Origin: a virus
Taxonomy: Duplodnaviria > Caudoviricetes
Length of the DNA stretch: 63,384 nt
IMG/VR virus record: IMGVR_UViG_3300017987_000091
Coordinates: 1-63,384 of that record
Strand: one strand, 5' to 3'
Notes under the pieces: generated by a model
Databases searched by the model: none
Seen by the model: only the letters and a program-made list of their open reading frames with translations
What the model was told of the DNA's origin: nothing
Part shown: one piece after another, positions 61,101-63,384 of the stretch
Numbering within the stretch: position 1 is the first letter of the stretch
How the letters are laid out: each line of letters starts with the position of its first letter
Made by a program: the position numbers and the translations under genes

Positions 61101-61110
61101 GGTGCACCCC

Positions 61111-61626
61111 CTATTCCAGTCCGTCGTCGTCAGTGTTCAACAGTTCGCCCTGCGCCCCGCTGTCGTCGGCCTGGGCCGGATCGGTGTCCCCGCCGGCCTG
61201 GTCGTCGTCGTCGTCGTCCTGGGACGACTGGGCCCCGTTGTCGGCCAGGTTCAGCTGCTGCTGGCGTTCGGCGTCGGTCATGATCCGGCGGTGCGCCGTG
61301 ATCGGTTCCCCGGTGTCCAGCCGGTAGGGCATAACGGTGCCGGTGTTGAAGTCGCCGATCAGCTGGCACTTCACCGGCCGGTATTCCTCCCCCGACTTGG
61401 CCGCGTCCAGGGCCTTGTCGGCGTTGGCCTTCAGGTCGGCCTTCTGCTTGTCGTGGTCGGCCTTCTGCGTCTTGAAGGCGGTGTCCAGGTTCTTGATCAG
61501 CCCTTGGGCCTGGTCCCACTTGGCCAGGCGTTCCAGCCGTTCGTCGGCGTCCAGCTTGACAGCCAGGTCCAGTTCGGTGTCGCCCAGGGCCTGTTCGTGT
61601 TCCTGCAGATCTTCCATGTTCGTCAT
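61111..61626 (-). CDS. Conserved phage hypothetical protein
   Basis: SGEEYRPVKC...RLDTGE...RIMTDAERQ; acidic tail. Confidence 0.65.
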   Translation of the reverse strand: MTNMEDLQEHEQALGDTELDLAVKLDADERLERLAKWDQAQGLIKNLDTAFKTQKADHDKQKADLKANADKALDAAKSGEEYRPVKCQLIGDFNTGTVMPYRLDTGEPITAHRRIMTDAERQQQLNLADNGAQSSQDDDDDDQAGGDTDPAQADDSGAQGELLNTDDDGLE

Positions 61627-61630
61627 GTTC

Positions 61631-61936
61631 CTAGTTCCTTTCCGTGTTGGTTTCGCCGAGCAACCACGCCCGGATCTTCGTCCATGCTTCGGATCTGGCG
61701 CGTGCCAGGTCCACGATATCGTCCACGCCGGCGCCGGCTTCCAGCGCCTGGTCGATCGCGTTGTAGGCCTGCAGCAGCGCCGTTTCCATCTGCGCCCAGG
61801 TGCAGGGTTCAAAGTGGGGTAGCTGTGCCGCCACGGCTTCCAGCTTCGTCCAGGCTGTATTCTTCAGGCCCACAGCCCCGTGAAGGTGCGCCTGGTGGTA
61901 GGCCGCGATCGTGGCGTCGATCTGCTGTGCTTTCAT
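61631..61936 (-). CDS. Hypothetical protein
   Basis: 101 aa, coupled to the DnaB stop. Confidence 0.55.
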   Translation of the reverse strand: MKAQQIDATIAAYHQAHLHGAVGLKNTAWTKLEAVAAQLPHFEPCTWAQMETALLQAYNAIDQALEAGAGVDDIVDLARARSEAWTKIRAWLLGETNTERN

Positions 61937-63228
61937 TATTCCGGCCCTTCTGCTGTGGTGAAGTTCCCGAAGGCCAGGTGCTGGCGCAGGAACGCATACC
62001 TGAACCCCATGTCAGCACGGCCGTCCCTGTTCTTGCGCACGGTGAACTTCCCCCAGTCGGTGTCCATGGTTTCCCTGGCCATCATCACCACCAGGTCGGC
62101 GTCGTTTTCCAGGTCGCCGGCCATGCGCAGGTGAGCCAGCGTCGGTTCCAGTACCCCCTGCGCCTGTCGGTTCAGGTGTGCCATCAGGATGGTGGCCACG
62201 TTGCATTCCACCGCGATCCTGCTGAATTCGTAGCTGGCCCGGTGGATCGTTTCCCGCTGCTGGTTTTCCCCGCGCACGCTGCGGTCCTTAACCTTGCCCA
62301 CCAGGTCCAGGAAGATGCCCTGCACCCCGTGTGTGTGTGTGATCGCCCTGGCCTTGCTGACCAGCCGGGGCAAGCTGGTGACGCGATCTTCCACGTAGAT
62401 CGGCAGCTTCGCGATGTCCCTGGACCAGATACACACTTCATCAGGATCGGCTTCCCGGCTGCGCAGATCGTCGGCCTTGATCGCCAGGCCGTCGTACCAC
62501 CGGCCCTGCAGCCAGGACAGCATGACGATCAGCCGCTGGTGGATCTGTTCCCAGGGGGATTCAAGGCTGAAATACGCCACGGGGATCCCGGCCAGCGCCA
62601 GCGTCAGCCCCAGGAACAGCCCCAGCGCAGTCTTGCCCATGCTGGGCCTGGCGCCGATCACCGTCTGGGCACCAAGGGGGATCCCCCCGATCCATTCTTC
62701 CCACCGCTGCAGCGGCACAGGTAGGAACTGGGGGCTTTTCCTGGTGTACTTTTCCCGCCACCGCTTGGCCCGCTGCTGCTGGTCGATCATGTCGGTGGTG
62801 GTCGGTTCCATGGAACGCTGCACAGCGCGCTGGGCGTCGGTCCATTCGTCGGGGTCGTCGCCGTCCATGCCCAGCAGTTCGCTGCAGGCCACCTTCACCC
62901 GTCGCTGGGCGGCCTTGCGCTGCACGATTTCCGAATAGTGCCGCGCCGAAATGGACGTGGCAGCAGCGCCGGCGACTTCGGCCAGGTACTGCAGGCCGCC
63001 GGCTTCGTCGATCTGCTTTTCGCCGATGGAGTCCAGCAGCAGTTCCAGTTCCACCGGCTTGCCGTTGGCCACCAGCCGGTTCATGGCCTTGAAGATCACC
63101 CGGTGCGCCGGCCTGTAGAAGTCTTCGGCTTCCAGGCCCAGGATGCGCACCAGGGTGGGATCGATGAAGAAGGCCCCCAGCACGCTGCGTTCAGCGTCCA
63201 GGGAATAGGGCAGCTTCAGTTCAGTCAT
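61936..63228 (-). CDS. dnaB: DnaB-like replicative helicase
   Basis: PYSLDAERSVLG, DFYRPAHRVIF, GARPSMGKT, FSLE, HLNR, LRMAGDLENDAD, KNRDG. Confidence 0.93.
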   Translation of the reverse strand: MTELKLPYSLDAERSVLGAFFIDPTLVRILGLEAEDFYRPAHRVIFKAMNRLVANGKPVELELLLDSIGEKQIDEAGGLQYLAEVAGAAATSISARHYSEIVQRKAAQRRVKVACSELLGMDGDDPDEWTDAQRAVQRSMEPTTTDMIDQQQRAKRWREKYTRKSPQFLPVPLQRWEEWIGGIPLGAQTVIGARPSMGKTALGLFLGLTLALAGIPVAYFSLESPWEQIHQRLIVMLSWLQGRWYDGLAIKADDLRSREADPDEVCIWSRDIAKLPIYVEDRVTSLPRLVSKARAITHTHGVQGIFLDLVGKVKDRSVRGENQQRETIHRASYEFSRIAVECNVATILMAHLNRQAQGVLEPTLAHLRMAGDLENDADLVVMMARETMDTDWGKFTVRKNRDGRADMGFRYAFLRQHLAFGNFTTAEGPE

Positions 63229-63384
63229 CTGCCACCGCCTTCCAGCTTCGCAGCCGCGTCAGGATCGTCCAGGTCGATCGTGGGGGGGGTGTGGTCGATC
63301 CCCTTGCCGTTGCCGTTCGCTGGGCCACGGGGGCCCCGTTCACGGGCACGCGAAAGCCACCTGGACAGGAACTGGTCAGCAGAC
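63225..63384 (-). CDS. 3' end of the origin-spanning initiator-like gene
   Basis: ...DLDDPDAAAKLEGGGR*; its TGA overlaps the DnaB ATG. Confidence 0.6.
   Translation of the reverse strand, partial: SADQFLSRWLSRARERGPRGPANGNGKGIDHTPPTIDLDDPDAAAKLEGGGR
63262..63384. repeat. Terminal direct repeat, copy 2
   Basis: Identical to 1-123. Confidence 0.95.

Noticed and set aside
63262-63384. 123-bp repeat as a biological terminal repeat or att site
   Set aside because: It falls mid-gene and the ORF reads through it, so an assembly overlap of a circular or permuted genome is more likely.
1-63384. Host assignment (e.g. Myxococcota/deltaproteobacteria, from GC content, the lipoprotein and the NFGRKS alpha-CTD motif)
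   Set aside because: Suggestive only; it needs spacer, tRNA or protein database matches that I cannot run.

Overview
The window is an apparently complete, circularly assembled, GC-rich (roughly two-thirds G+C by eye) tailed dsDNA phage genome. Bases 1-123 repeat exactly at 63262-63384, so the unit length is about 63,261 bp. Nearly all genes are on the minus strand; the plus-strand exceptions are an HNH nuclease, a Phd/YefM-like protein and a J-domain protein. Modules in transcription order: replication/recombination (DUF932, Rad50/SMC-like ATPase, UvrD, an origin-spanning initiator-like gene, DnaB, RuvC-like); accessory genes (DUF5131 radical-SAM-like, MT-A70 adenine methyltransferase, HNH, a zinc-finger/RNAP alpha-CTD fusion); tRNA-Glu(TTC); packaging and head (terS, terL, portal, MuF with a C-terminal HExxH domain, DUF2213 protease, DUF2184 capsid); a contractile tail and baseplate with several fibre/RBP genes; lysis; and a 7-deazaguanine DNA-modification operon (queD-queE-folE-dpdA-parB-like) lacking queC. 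I recognised no integrase, DNA polymerase or primase. The most striking signal is near-total, strand-symmetric avoidance of GAG/CTC. Survivors lie largely in Shine-Dalgarno sites or GAGCT contexts, Glu is encoded almost only by GAA, the single phage tRNA reads GAA, and GATC is enriched. Family calls are from recognised motifs and synteny only; no database search was run.
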